This document shows positions 19,391-29,028 of a DNA stretch of 64,000 bases, piece after piece. The first letter of the stretch is position 1. The number at the start of each line of letters is the position of its first letter. The notes under the pieces were generated by a model. It did no database searches and was not told the origin of the DNA. It saw only the letters and a program-made list of their open reading frames with translations. The DNA lies in assembly GCA_018302765.1 (NCBI GenBank), contig JAGVZG010000002.1:47819-111818 (forward strand), given 5' to 3'. Position numbers and translations under genes: made by a program. This DNA comes from Candidatus Woesearchaeota archaeon (GTDB lineage Archaea > Nanobdellota > Nanobdellia > SCGC-AAA011-G17 > GW2011-AR18).

Positions 19391-20806
19391 ATGCAAAAAC
19401 ATGATGATTTTAATTTTGTAATATTTGGAGCAACTGGAGATCTTACAAAGAGAAAGCTTATTCCTGCATTATACAACTTGTATAAAAATAAATCATTAGG
19501 TGAAAATTTTATTGTTACATGCATTGCAAGAAAGGATTTTGATAATGAAAATTATTTAGAAGAACTAAAAAAATTCTACAAGAAGAACTTTAAAAATCTG
19601 GATGAAAAAATATGGAATAATTTAGCATCTCATATTTATTATTTCAGAAGCGAATTTAATGATGAAAGCAGATTATATGTTTTAAGCAATTTTCTTTCGA
19701 ACATGGAGAAAAAGCATGGTTTAAAGGAAAATAGGATTTATTATTTTGCAACTATGCCTGAAAATTACCAGAACTTAATTAATTTCATTAGGCAATACAA
19801 ACTGAATAATCAAAAAGAAGGATGGAAAAGAATTGTAATTGAAAAACCTTTTGGCTCTAGCTTGAATACAGCTAAAAATCTAAATAAGATATTAAAAAAA
19901 GCATTTGATGAAAAACAAATATTCAGGATTGATCATTACTTGGGCAAAGAAACAATAGAAAATATTTTAGTATTTAGGTTTACAAATACAATATTTGAAC
20001 CTGTATGGAACAGAAATTATATTGATCATATACAAATTACAGTAGCAGAAGATATTGACATACAAAATAGGGGCTCTTACTATGACAAAGCAGGAGCTGT
20101 TAGAGACATGATGCAGAATCACTTATTACAAATATTAAATATGGTTACAATGGACTGCCCTGGGGTTTTTGATGCTGAAAACATGAGGAGAGAAAAAACA
20201 AGATTACTGGAAAAAATAAAAGTTGAAGACTTTGCTTTCGGACAATATGAAGGATACAGGACTGAAGAAAAAGTTAATCAAAATTCGAATACTGAAACAT
20301 TTGCAGCTTTAAAGTTATTTATTAACAATTCAAGATGGAAAGGTGTTCCTTTTTACATAAGAACTGGCAAAAAATTGAAGAAACAAATGGCTCTAGTTTA
20401 TATAAAATTTAGAGACTTAAGATGCATTGCAAATCAAAGATTAAATATGTCTTCAAACGAATTAATAATACAGATACAGCCAGAACATCACATATACATT
20501 CATTTTAATATAAAAAAACCAGGTTTGACTATGGAAGTTGGCAGAGTGAATATGGATTTTTGTTATGAATGCATCTATGGAAATACAGCAGAATCATATG
20601 AAAAACTTATTGTTGATATGATGGAAGGAAATCTGACTCAGTTTACAAGCTGGGAAGAAACAAAAAATGCCTGGAAAATTGTTGATCCTGTAATAAAAAA
20701 ACTTCAAGCTGTAAATAATTTAGAAGTTTATAAATCTGGAAGCTGGGGTCCTGCTACTGCTGAGATACTGATTAATAAATATAAGAGATCTTGGTATTAT
20801 TACTAA
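19391..20806 (+). CDS. zwf: glucose-6-phosphate 1-dehydrogenase
   Basis: GATGDLTKRKLIPALY, EKPFG, RIDHYLGKE, DMMQNHLLQ, RWKGVPF; ATG 2 nt after the tal stop. Confidence 0.93.
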   Translation: MQKHDDFNFVIFGATGDLTKRKLIPALYNLYKNKSLGENFIVTCIARKDFDNENYLEELKKFYKKNFKNLDEKIWNNLASHIYYFRSEFNDESRLYVLSNFLSNMEKKHGLKENRIYYFATMPENYQNLINFIRQYKLNNQKEGWKRIVIEKPFGSSLNTAKNLNKILKKAFDEKQIFRIDHYLGKETIENILVFRFTNTIFEPVWNRNYIDHIQITVAEDIDIQNRGSYYDKAGAVRDMMQNHLLQILNMVTMDCPGVFDAENMRREKTRLLEKIKVEDFAFGQYEGYRTEEKVNQNSNTETFAALKLFINNSRWKGVPFYIRTGKKLKKQMALVYIKFRDLRCIANQRLNMSSNELIIQIQPEHHIYIHFNIKKPGLTMEVGRVNMDFCYECIYGNTAESYEKLIVDMMEGNLTQFTSWEETKNAWKIVDPVIKKLQAVNNLEVYKSGSWGPATAEILINKYKRSWYYY

Positions 20807-21430
20807 ATGAAAATATATGATATAAGTATGGAATTAAAAGAAGGAATGATTGTATATTCAAATAATACTGATTTTAAAATAAAGCAAGTTAATTTTATAC
20901 CAAATAGTAATACAAATGAGTCATTGCTGAGTTTTAGTACTCATACAGGAACTCATGTTGATTCTCCCAGACATATTAACAATAAAGGTAAAACAGTTGA
21001 TCAAATACCTTTAGGCAATCTAATCGGAAAATGCAGAGTTATTGATCTAACAAATATAATTTTTGAAATTAAAAAAGAAGACATTGTAAAATTTAAAATT
21101 AAAAGAAATGAAATAATATTACTTAAAACAAGAAATTCAAAATTCTTCAATAAATTCAATGAAAACTATATTCATTTAGGGTTTGATGCAGCAAAATACC
21201 TAGCACTTAAAAAAATTAGGTGCGTTGGTATAGATTACTTGAGTATTCAGAAATTCCATTCTGGGACACAGGAAGTACATAGAATTTTACTATCAAATAA
21301 TGTAGCCATTATTGAAGGCTTAGATTTAAGCAATGTAAATGCAGGAAATTATCAATTAGTATGTTTGCCATTAAGGTTAATCGGGACAGATGGCGCACCA
21401 GCCAGAGCTGTTTTAATAAAAAATTATTAA
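20807..21430 (+). CDS. cyclase family metal-dependent hydrolase (KynB/arylformamidase-like)
   Basis: HTGTHVDSPRH, GIDYLS, IIEGL, DGAPARA. Confidence 0.85.
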   Translation: MKIYDISMELKEGMIVYSNNTDFKIKQVNFIPNSNTNESLLSFSTHTGTHVDSPRHINNKGKTVDQIPLGNLIGKCRVIDLTNIIFEIKKEDIVKFKIKRNEIILLKTRNSKFFNKFNENYIHLGFDAAKYLALKKIRCVGIDYLSIQKFHSGTQEVHRILLSNNVAIIEGLDLSNVNAGNYQLVCLPLRLIGTDGAPARAVLIKNY

Positions 21431-21571
21431 ATATACTTTAAGAATTATATAATAATTGAAAGAAAATAATTTAAATTATAGATATTAAGTTTTTTCATGG
21501 CAGCTCTTGATAATGTAATAAGAACTGCACTAGCTGCAAGACAAATATAATTATTTTTAAAATTAATAATA

Positions 21572-22468
21572 CTATTTCCTCTCAAATTTATGCCCACCAA
21601 ATTCATTGCGAATGCTAGCAACAACTTTAGCTCTAAAAGTTTCCTTCTTTCTGGATTTAATTCTTTCAAGAATTGCCTGATGCAATTCAGGCATTTCAGA
21701 AAGTTTCTCTAAGTGCTTCATTTCTTCCTCAGTTTCGCCATGAGGAACAATACCTTTAACGTGCTTTAAACCTGGATCTTTTTTTAATGCATTATTCAAC
21801 CAATTTACTAACTTTGATTCAATAATGCTTTTATGAGAGTAAACTCTAGCTACTTCTTCAAGATTAAAACCAAATTTATTTTTATGGTTATTAAGTGCTT
21901 CAAATCCTTCTCCCAGTGCTTCTAACATTCCGTATTCTATACCATTGTGCACCATTTTTACAAAATGGCCTGCACCAGCATTTCCCATATATCCATAACT
22001 ATCTTTAACTGCTAAATTCCTAAACAAAAATTCTAATTGTTTGTATATATTTTTATCACCGCCAACCATCAGGCAAGCACCGTGCCTTGCACTTTCTAAT
22101 CCACCAGAAGTTCCAACATCAACAAAATTTATTCCATGCTCTTTTAATTTATTGTATCTTCTAATTGAATCTTTATAATAAGAATTTCCGCCATCAATTA
22201 TTATATCTCCTTTTGATAACAAAGAAATTAAGTCAGCTATTATAGAATCAACAGCACTTGAAGTTACCATAATCCAAATTATTTTTTTATTGGAAAGTTT
22301 ACTTACAAATTCATGCAAAGAATATGAAGGAATTGCACCTTTTTTTGACAATTCTCTAACTGGTTCTGGAGATCTATTATAAACAACAACCTTTTGTTTC
22401 TTATCTAATAAATTCATGACCATACGGGAACCCATTCTTCCCAAACCAATAAAACCAACAACAGCCAT
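21572..22468 (-). CDS. gnd: 6-phosphogluconate dehydrogenase, decarboxylating (short type)
   Basis: GLGRMG, DGGNS, DVGTSGG, GHFVKMVHNGIEYG, RNEFGGH. Confidence 0.92.
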   Translation of the reverse strand: MAVVGFIGLGRMGSRMVMNLLDKKQKVVVYNRSPEPVRELSKKGAIPSYSLHEFVSKLSNKKIIWIMVTSSAVDSIIADLISLLSKGDIIIDGGNSYYKDSIRRYNKLKEHGINFVDVGTSGGLESARHGACLMVGGDKNIYKQLEFLFRNLAVKDSYGYMGNAGAGHFVKMVHNGIEYGMLEALGEGFEALNNHKNKFGFNLEEVARVYSHKSIIESKLVNWLNNALKKDPGLKHVKGIVPHGETEEEMKHLEKLSEMPELHQAILERIKSRKKETFRAKVVASIRNEFGGHKFERK

Positions 22469-22484
22469 TTAATCACCAAAAACC

Positions 22485-22700
22485 TTACTTGAATTTTCCC
22501 TCTTTTGACAAACCTTCTATTGCAGCATTTAATTTATCTTCATATTTCTTTAAATCTCCAGCTAGTTCTCTATATATTGCTGCACATAAAGGATGACCTG
22601 CTTTTTCTGCATCTGGTACGTAATATTTTTCCAATCTATGTCTTAAAGGACATAAATGAATCAGAAGTTTTGCTTTGTTATAATTACAATTATCTTTCAT
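22485..22700 (-). CDS. small helical hypothetical protein
   Basis: 71 aa preceded by GAGGTG SD; 16 nt upstream of gnd. Confidence 0.6.
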   Translation of the reverse strand: MKDNCNYNKAKLLIHLCPLRHRLEKYYVPDAEKAGHPLCAAIYRELAGDLKKYEDKLNAAIEGLSKEGKFK

Positions 22701-22820
22701 AAATACCACCTCTTAATTATTATATATAGAATAAGTTTTTGTATATAAATCTTGGGTTTAAATTGTGAACAACCCAAAATTTAAATAGTCCCATAGTTTT
22801 AAAATTGTAAAAGAGGTAAA

Positions 22821-23777
22821 ATGTTTGACGTCATAACTGTGGGCTCTGCAACAAGAGACATATTCTTAGATGCTAGCTTTCTTAAGAAAAAACAAGATTA
22901 CTTATGTCTAGATTGCGGCTATAAATTTGATATAGAAAAACCATTTATTCAAACTGGTGGTGGAGCAACAAACACTGCAGTTTCATTTTCAAGACTTGGA
23001 ATAAAAACAGCAATATTAACCAAAGTAGGAAATGATGGCCCAGGTTACTCTGTAAAAAAAACGCTGCAGGATGAAAATGTAAATACGGGTTTTATTCAAA
23101 CAGATGATAAATTAGGTACAGCAATGTCTATAGTTATATGGAAAGAAAAAGACAGAACAATATTTACATACAGAGGTGCTTCAGAAAACATAAAATTAAA
23201 ACATTTTAATAAAATGAAAACAAAGTGGTTGTATATAACAGCATTGAGGGGAAATTCAATAAAAATGTTAAAAGACCTATTGGTTTATGCTCACAAAAAA
23301 GGAATAAAAGTAGCAATGAATCCAGGAAGCAAAGAACTAGAAATAAAGTCTTTATTCAAATATGTGAATATTTTATTGCTAAACAAAGAAGAATCTGAAA
23401 TTCTGTCTAAAAATTTTGAAAATATAAGAGAAATAATGATGTCAATTAATGATTTGGGCCCAAAAACAATTGCAGTAACAAATGGAAAAGAAAATGTATT
23501 TGTATTTAATAACAAAAAAATTTACTATGCTAAGCCTTATGATATAAAAATTAAAAGTACATTGGGAGCTGGAGATGCTTTTTGCTCTGGCTTTGTTGCT
23601 TCTATTATAAAAAACCAAAATGTGGAAGACGCAGTAAAATTAGGTTTGTTAAATTCATCATCAGTCATTCAGCATAAAGGGGCCAAAACAGGATTGTTGC
23701 ATATTAAAAATATAAATAATTATGAAAATAGATTAAATCAAAAATTGATTGTTCATAAGGAGGAATTAGATTTATGA
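22821..23777 (+). CDS. PfkB family carbohydrate kinase
   Basis: GGGATNTA, VGNDGPG, TLGAGDAF. Confidence 0.85.
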   Translation: MFDVITVGSATRDIFLDASFLKKKQDYLCLDCGYKFDIEKPFIQTGGGATNTAVSFSRLGIKTAILTKVGNDGPGYSVKKTLQDENVNTGFIQTDDKLGTAMSIVIWKEKDRTIFTYRGASENIKLKHFNKMKTKWLYITALRGNSIKMLKDLLVYAHKKGIKVAMNPGSKELEIKSLFKYVNILLLNKEESEILSKNFENIREIMMSINDLGPKTIAVTNGKENVFVFNNKKIYYAKPYDIKIKSTLGAGDAFCSGFVASIIKNQNVEDAVKLGLLNSSSVIQHKGAKTGLLHIKNINNYENRLNQKLIVHKEELDL

Positions 23778-24436
23778 TAAACTTGGAAAAAAATTCAGGT
23801 TTAAAACTATTTTATAATTTAAAAACAAGAAATTTGGTTTCTAAAACATTATTTATACCTAAAGTCGATATTAGGAATTTAAATGACATGAAAAATGTTT
23901 TAATGGATAAAGAAAGCAATGGTCCTAAAGAATTATATTACATGTATAGAAATATTCACATGCCTGAACATAGAGATATATTTAGTTTGCATGGTATGAG
24001 ATATGATATTACAGTAATGCCACCAGCATTTATAGGAAAGGAATTCAATAAAACAAAAGGGCATCATCACAAAGGTGTAGAAATATATGAGGTTCTTTAT
24101 GGAGAAGCGCTTTATATATTTGAAACCAAAAAATATTTTCTAGTCATACACGCAAAAGCAGGAACTAGAGTTTATGTTCCTTATGAAGCCTGGCATGTTA
24201 CTATTAATCACAGAAACAGGTTTTTAATAATGGCAAACTTAATGCCAGAAGGAGTTCCATCAAACTATAAAGATTTGGAAAAAAGACATGGAATGGCTTA
24301 TTATTATTTAAATGGCAATAGGTTTATACCAAATAAAAACTTTAGAAAACTTCCAAAAATAACAAAATTAAAGGCTAAAAGGTTTAAAGTTCCTATATAC
24401 TGGCAATTTATAAAATCTCCAGGTAAATTAAAATGA
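23774..24436 (+). CDS. cupin-type (archaeal) glucose-6-phosphate isomerase
   Basis: LYYMYR, RYDIT, TKGHHH, EIYEVLYG, WHVTIN, GMAYY. Confidence 0.8.
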   Translation: MINLEKNSGLKLFYNLKTRNLVSKTLFIPKVDIRNLNDMKNVLMDKESNGPKELYYMYRNIHMPEHRDIFSLHGMRYDITVMPPAFIGKEFNKTKGHHHKGVEIYEVLYGEALYIFETKKYFLVIHAKAGTRVYVPYEAWHVTINHRNRFLIMANLMPEGVPSNYKDLEKRHGMAYYYLNGNRFIPNKNFRKLPKITKLKAKRFKVPIYWQFIKSPGKLK

Positions 24437-25239
24437 AAGTAATAGGTGTAGATATTGGCGGGACAAAAATAGAAGCTGCACTAATAGAAAATGGTGTAGT
24501 AAAAAATATAAGCAGAGCAGAGACATTATCTTTTACTAATAAATACTTGATATTACAGAACATTGAACATTGCATATCAGAAGTATTTGTTCATGATGTT
24601 CAGGGAATTGGTATTGGAATTCCTGGCATTGCAGACAAATCTGGAAAAATATTGTTCATGTCGCATATCAAAAAGATTATTGGTGTAAATCTAAATGAAT
24701 TTATTAGTGAAAAATTTAATAAACCAACATCTATAGAGAATGATGCAAAGTGCTTTACACTTGCTGAATACCTATATGGAGCAGGAAAAGATCACTCTAA
24801 TGTTGTGGGCTTAATTCTTGGCACAGGAATAGGCGCAGGATTAATATTGGATGATAAATTATATAGAGGAACAGATGGTGGAGCTGGAGAACTAGGACAT
24901 AACTTGATATTCTTGAATAATAAAAAACTAGCTGAATTTGAAGAATTATGCAGTGCAAATGCTGTAATTAAAAAACAGAAAAAATTATCTAAGAATCTAA
25001 GCAAAGAATTCTATAAATATTTAGCTGTAAACATTGCAAACATAGTTAACATATTTAATCCTGAGATTATTGTAATTGGCGGTGGCCTAAGCAATTACTT
25101 AGATTATAAATTATTAAACAAGAAAGTTAAATCTTATTCTATACCTGTAAATAAGAATAGCTTTAAAATAGTAAAAAATAAGCTTGGTTCTGGATCTGGA
25201 TTAATCGGAGCTGCAGGTCTTGTTTCTTTTAATAAATAA
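24433..25239 (+). CDS. ROK family sugar kinase (probable glucokinase)
   Basis: DIGGTK, ENDAKC, LGTGIGAG, GELGH; the Cys Zn-loop is absent. Confidence 0.85.
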   Translation: MKVIGVDIGGTKIEAALIENGVVKNISRAETLSFTNKYLILQNIEHCISEVFVHDVQGIGIGIPGIADKSGKILFMSHIKKIIGVNLNEFISEKFNKPTSIENDAKCFTLAEYLYGAGKDHSNVVGLILGTGIGAGLILDDKLYRGTDGGAGELGHNLIFLNNKKLAEFEELCSANAVIKKQKKLSKNLSKEFYKYLAVNIANIVNIFNPEIIVIGGGLSNYLDYKLLNKKVKSYSIPVNKNSFKIVKNKLGSGSGLIGAAGLVSFNK

Positions 25240-25310
25240 ATTATGGAATATTTAAAGAACTTGCTTTCTGTATAAGAAAACTATAAAAATATGGTTCTAT
25301 CTATAATTTT

Positions 25311-26087
25311 ATGGGTTTTTTAGACAAGATAAAAAATTTATTTTCAGAACAGGAATTTCCTGTAAAGAGTGTTAGAAAGGCACCTGAAGAATCTAAAGAA
25401 GAAATTAAAACTGAAGAAGTTGCAGAAGAACATACTCAAGAAAAAAATGTTGCAGAACAAGATAAACCTATTGTAGAATTCAATCCTCAAGAGAAACAGG
25501 AATTATTAGATATTCTGGATTCTGCTAAAGTTGATATTAACAACCTGGCTTTAGATAAAATACAAAGTGAATCAGAAACTATAAGCAATTATGTCAAGGT
25601 TTTAATAAAAGACCTGGGACTACATCAAGATTTTAAAAATGAGAAAGAAAAACAAGAAGATGTGATAAAAGCAATAGGAAGCAAAGTAAGATTAATCAAC
25701 AATCATGGACTAGAATTAAAAAATCTTTTGGCAAATTTAGAGAACCATTATTATGATCCCATACTTAGTGCTCTAAAAAAGGTTAATAAGAAAACCAAGA
25801 AAGATGAAATTCAAAAATTAATTGATGATTTAGAAAAAGATCTTGAAATTGTTAAAATATTAGATACGCAAATAACAAAAGTTATTGGCTATAATGATCT
25901 ATTTAATCCTAATAAGAATCCTACTTATAAGGAAGATATAGAAAAAGAGGCTGTTAAAAGAGTTATTCATGGAGATTTGAATGAATTGCTTAGCAACATG
26001 CTAGTGGCTGTTACAGACAGAACTCTTAGTGTTAAGAATAAAATAGAAAAATCCAATACTTTAGAAAGTGCTAAAAGTTTGTTTTAA
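25311..26087 (+). CDS. hypothetical coiled-coil protein
   Basis: 258 aa, E/K-rich helical sequence. Confidence 0.55.
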   Translation: MGFLDKIKNLFSEQEFPVKSVRKAPEESKEEIKTEEVAEEHTQEKNVAEQDKPIVEFNPQEKQELLDILDSAKVDINNLALDKIQSESETISNYVKVLIKDLGLHQDFKNEKEKQEDVIKAIGSKVRLINNHGLELKNLLANLENHYYDPILSALKKVNKKTKKDEIQKLIDDLEKDLEIVKILDTQITKVIGYNDLFNPNKNPTYKEDIEKEAVKRVIHGDLNELLSNMLVAVTDRTLSVKNKIEKSNTLESAKSLF

Positions 26088-26129
26088 TATCATCCAAAGA
26101 CTTATATATTTTAGTGTGGTGGTAAGAAT

Positions 26130-26696
26130 ATGTTAAACAAATCAGAGTTTGAAGCTATAAGAAAAGAACTAAATGAGTTTGAAGCAAAAAGAGAAGAAAC
26201 AATACAAGTTTCTAGAGAAATAATAACTTTATCCAAACAAATTATTTATTCTGTTCATAGAGGTGACTTAAATGGCGCTTTAAAATTAATTAAAGATATT
26301 AAAAATAAAATAAAATTACTAGATAAAAGAAAAAATTATGACACAGGAATAAGTGGTGTTGCATTTCAGGAATATGTTGAAGCTATAACATTTTATGAAT
26401 TAATTAAAAATGAAAAATTGCCTACAAAGAAAGAATTAGATGTTGAAGTAGAAGCTTTTCTTAGTGGATTAGCTGACTTAACAGGAGAACTAGGAAGAAA
26501 GGCAGTTCACGATGCTATAAAAAAGGATTTCAAGAGTGTGTTAAGAATTAAAGAAGTAGTAGAGGATATTTATGGTGAATTCTTGAAATTTGATTTAAGA
26601 AACGGCGAATTAAGAAAAAAATCAGATGCAATTAAATGGAACCTAAACAAACTAGAAGACATGGTGTTTAGCTTGAACTTAAGTTCTAGAATGTAA
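26130..26696 (+). CDS. translin/TRAX family protein
   Basis: FQEYVEA, GLADLTGELGR, LRKKSD. Confidence 0.8.
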   Translation: MLNKSEFEAIRKELNEFEAKREETIQVSREIITLSKQIIYSVHRGDLNGALKLIKDIKNKIKLLDKRKNYDTGISGVAFQEYVEAITFYELIKNEKLPTKKELDVEVEAFLSGLADLTGELGRKAVHDAIKKDFKSVLRIKEVVEDIYGEFLKFDLRNGELRKKSDAIKWNLNKLEDMVFSLNLSSRM

Positions 26697-27320
26697 TTAT
26701 TCTTCAAATATTTTTTTAATCTCATCTAAAATTTTATGTAGTTTATCTAATTCTATGTCAAATTTTAAGAGATAATAACTTCTTCCAATACTTTTAGATT
26801 TTAAATGAACCAATTCTCTTGTTGCATTAATATCTTCTTCTAATATTAATCCTTTTATTGTATCTATACATTCTTCTGTTAATTTAATTAACAAATCCAA
26901 TTTGTCTTCTAATTTTAATACTTTTTCTAAAATATCTTTATATTGTATTGTTATATTCTTTTCACCTTTATATAATTTTTCAAGTTCTGGTTCTAATTTT
27001 TTTAATTTATTTTTTATAATATTAATTCTGACACTAACTTGTTTTTCTCCATCTAAAAGCCACTTTGCTGAAAGTAAAACATCTTGATATTTGTCATTTT
27101 TTATATTTTCTCTGATATCCTTATGCCATCTATTCATTTCCTGAACGTCTGAATGCACTCCTTTTATATCTTCAATAATAGAATCAATTCTTAATCTTTT
27201 TTTATATTCAGTTGTACCATCTAATTGTAAATATTTAAAATAAAGTGTTCCGCTTGTTGCTAAACTAGCTGCTAAAAATAAAATTCCTGCTTTTTTTCTA
27301 AAAAATTTTAATATGCTCAT
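26697..27320 (-). CDS. membrane-anchored coiled-coil protein
   Basis: N-terminal TM segment (AGILFLAASLATSGTLYF) then heptad-like helices; ATGA overlap with minD stop. Confidence 0.6.
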   Translation of the reverse strand: MSILKFFRKKAGILFLAASLATSGTLYFKYLQLDGTTEYKKRLRIDSIIEDIKGVHSDVQEMNRWHKDIRENIKNDKYQDVLLSAKWLLDGEKQVSVRINIIKNKLKKLEPELEKLYKGEKNITIQYKDILEKVLKLEDKLDLLIKLTEECIDTIKGLILEEDINATRELVHLKSKSIGRSYYLLKFDIELDKLHKILDEIKKIFEE

Positions 27321-28135
27321 TTATAATAAGCCAAACTCTTACTAAAATTATGGGTTGCTAATTTGCTGAAATCGTCTTTCAAGAACCCGACAACCTTCTG
27401 ATGCCATGGCGGTTCTTTGTAAGAAGCATTAACCATTTTGGCAGCCATACTCTTATAAGACAAAGAAACACTAGAATTTGGATTTATCATTGTTATTGGT
27501 TTAACCTTACTTAAAGCCTCTAAAACTCTGACATTATCTTGAATTATTCCAAGTAAGGGCACACCGCTTAGTCTTTCCATGTCTGCAGGTTTAAGCTCGA
27601 AGTCTTTGCCTCTTACTTTATTCAAAATCATGCCTTTAATTTTCATGTTTTTTTCTTTAGCAAGCTTTACAGCCCTTAGGGTTGTGCTTAAAGTTGGTAA
27701 ATCCGGAGTGCTTATTACATATAAGTCATCAGAAGCAGCAATTGTTGCCAACAATTCTTCATTTAATGTTGGAGAAGAATCTAATAAAACAACATCATAA
27801 TGGTTCTTTAACTGCTGGACTTTTTCCTTTAGCTTCAGGTAGTTTGAAGAACTAATGCTGCTTCCCAAACCTCCAGGGAGAACATGAAAACCAAATTCAT
27901 GCTCTTTCAGAGCGTCGTTCAACTTTGTTTTTCCAGTTAAAACTTCATGTACAGAATGCCTTCCGTTTATATTTCCCAGGTGCAAAGAAATGTTTGGAGA
28001 AGAAAAATTAGCATCAATAACAGCAACTTTTTTACCAAAGTCATGAGTTAAAACATAAGCTAGATTAACAACAGAAGTTGTCTTACCAACACCGCCTTTA
28101 ATTGAAATTATTCCTATTGATTTTCCTTTAATCAA
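27317..28135 (-). CDS. minD: MinD/ParA family ATPase
   Basis: Deviant Walker A KGGVGKTT, IDAN, LLDSSP, ILNKV, amphipathic C-terminal WHQKVVGFLK. Confidence 0.8.
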   Translation of the reverse strand: MIKGKSIGIISIKGGVGKTTSVVNLAYVLTHDFGKKVAVIDANFSSPNISLHLGNINGRHSVHEVLTGKTKLNDALKEHEFGFHVLPGGLGSSISSSNYLKLKEKVQQLKNHYDVVLLDSSPTLNEELLATIAASDDLYVISTPDLPTLSTTLRAVKLAKEKNMKIKGMILNKVRGKDFELKPADMERLSGVPLLGIIQDNVRVLEALSKVKPITMINPNSSVSLSYKSMAAKMVNASYKEPPWHQKVVGFLKDDFSKLATHNFSKSLAYYK

Positions 28136-28664
28136 ACTTATACACCTCTTTTAATCTCTGCATTATTTGATCTTTTGTCTCTGCTTTTATCTTCTTTATT
28201 TGGGCTTTATTAAGTTTTTCATTAGTCTCATTGACGCTTATATTCTTATTATTTTTAGTTTTAGTGACTGGCTTAGTGACTTTTTTTTGAAATATTGCAG
28301 GATCTAACATTGTAACCAAAAGCTTTTTTGCAGTTACATTTTTGACTTTTTCAAGAACATTTTCCCTTGGAATCTCATTCAGGATTGATAAGCTCTCTGC
28401 CTGCTCTATTTTAAACTTAAGGCAAAACAACATTGCTTCTTTTGTATTGCATTCTAACAGATCATCAGCTAATTTTTTATCCTGATGAACATCTCTAACC
28501 CAGTTATAGAAATCATTTTTGCTGTCGTTAACATGCTGAGAAAATAATTCATTCGGCAGATGCTTTAATACACTATATAATTCATTTATACCAGATACAC
28601 TTCTGCCGTCTGCTAGCCAAAATATTTTATCCTTTGGAACATTACTCAATATATCAACACCCAT
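28128..28664 (-). CDS. DUF5752-like domain protein with Lys-rich tail
   Basis: FWLADG...ELY...HVNDSKNDFYNWVRDV...LADDL; family name recalled, not verified. Confidence 0.6.
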   Translation of the reverse strand: MGVDILSNVPKDKIFWLADGRSVSGINELYSVLKHLPNELFSQHVNDSKNDFYNWVRDVHQDKKLADDLLECNTKEAMLFCLKFKIEQAESLSILNEIPRENVLEKVKNVTAKKLLVTMLDPAIFQKKVTKPVTKTKNNKNISVNETNEKLNKAQIKKIKAETKDQIMQRLKEVYKFD

Positions 28665-28668
28665 TTTT

Positions 28669-29028
28669 TTATTTTGCCAATTTCTTAATTATTTTCTCCA
28701 TTTTGTTATTAATATACTTATGCAAAGCCAGCTCAGTCTCCAACTTATTATTAAACTTCTTTAACTCATTAGCTAAGAAATCATCTCTAAAAACATCTTT
28801 AACCCAACTACTAAAATCATTCCTCATATCATTAACATGATGCCTAAATACATCTTCAGGTATTTTTTCTAAAGCATGCATGAGATCCTTCAGATCTTTT
28901 AGTTTCTCTCCATTTGCAAGGACAAAATGATACTTTTCCGGAGTTTCACCATAAACTTCCTTTGTGACCCAAATCTCAGCTCTTTCTTTTGGTCTAGAAA
29001 CAGATTTAATTTTTTTCATTTTAATCAC
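28669..29028 (-). CDS. DUF5752-like domain protein
   Basis: FVLANG...DLKDL...HHVNDMRNDFSSWVKDV...LANEL; paralogous to 28128..28664. Confidence 0.6.
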   Translation of the reverse strand: MIKMKKIKSVSRPKERAEIWVTKEVYGETPEKYHFVLANGEKLKDLKDLMHALEKIPEDVFRHHVNDMRNDFSSWVKDVFRDDFLANELKKFNNKLETELALHKYINNKMEKIIKKLAK

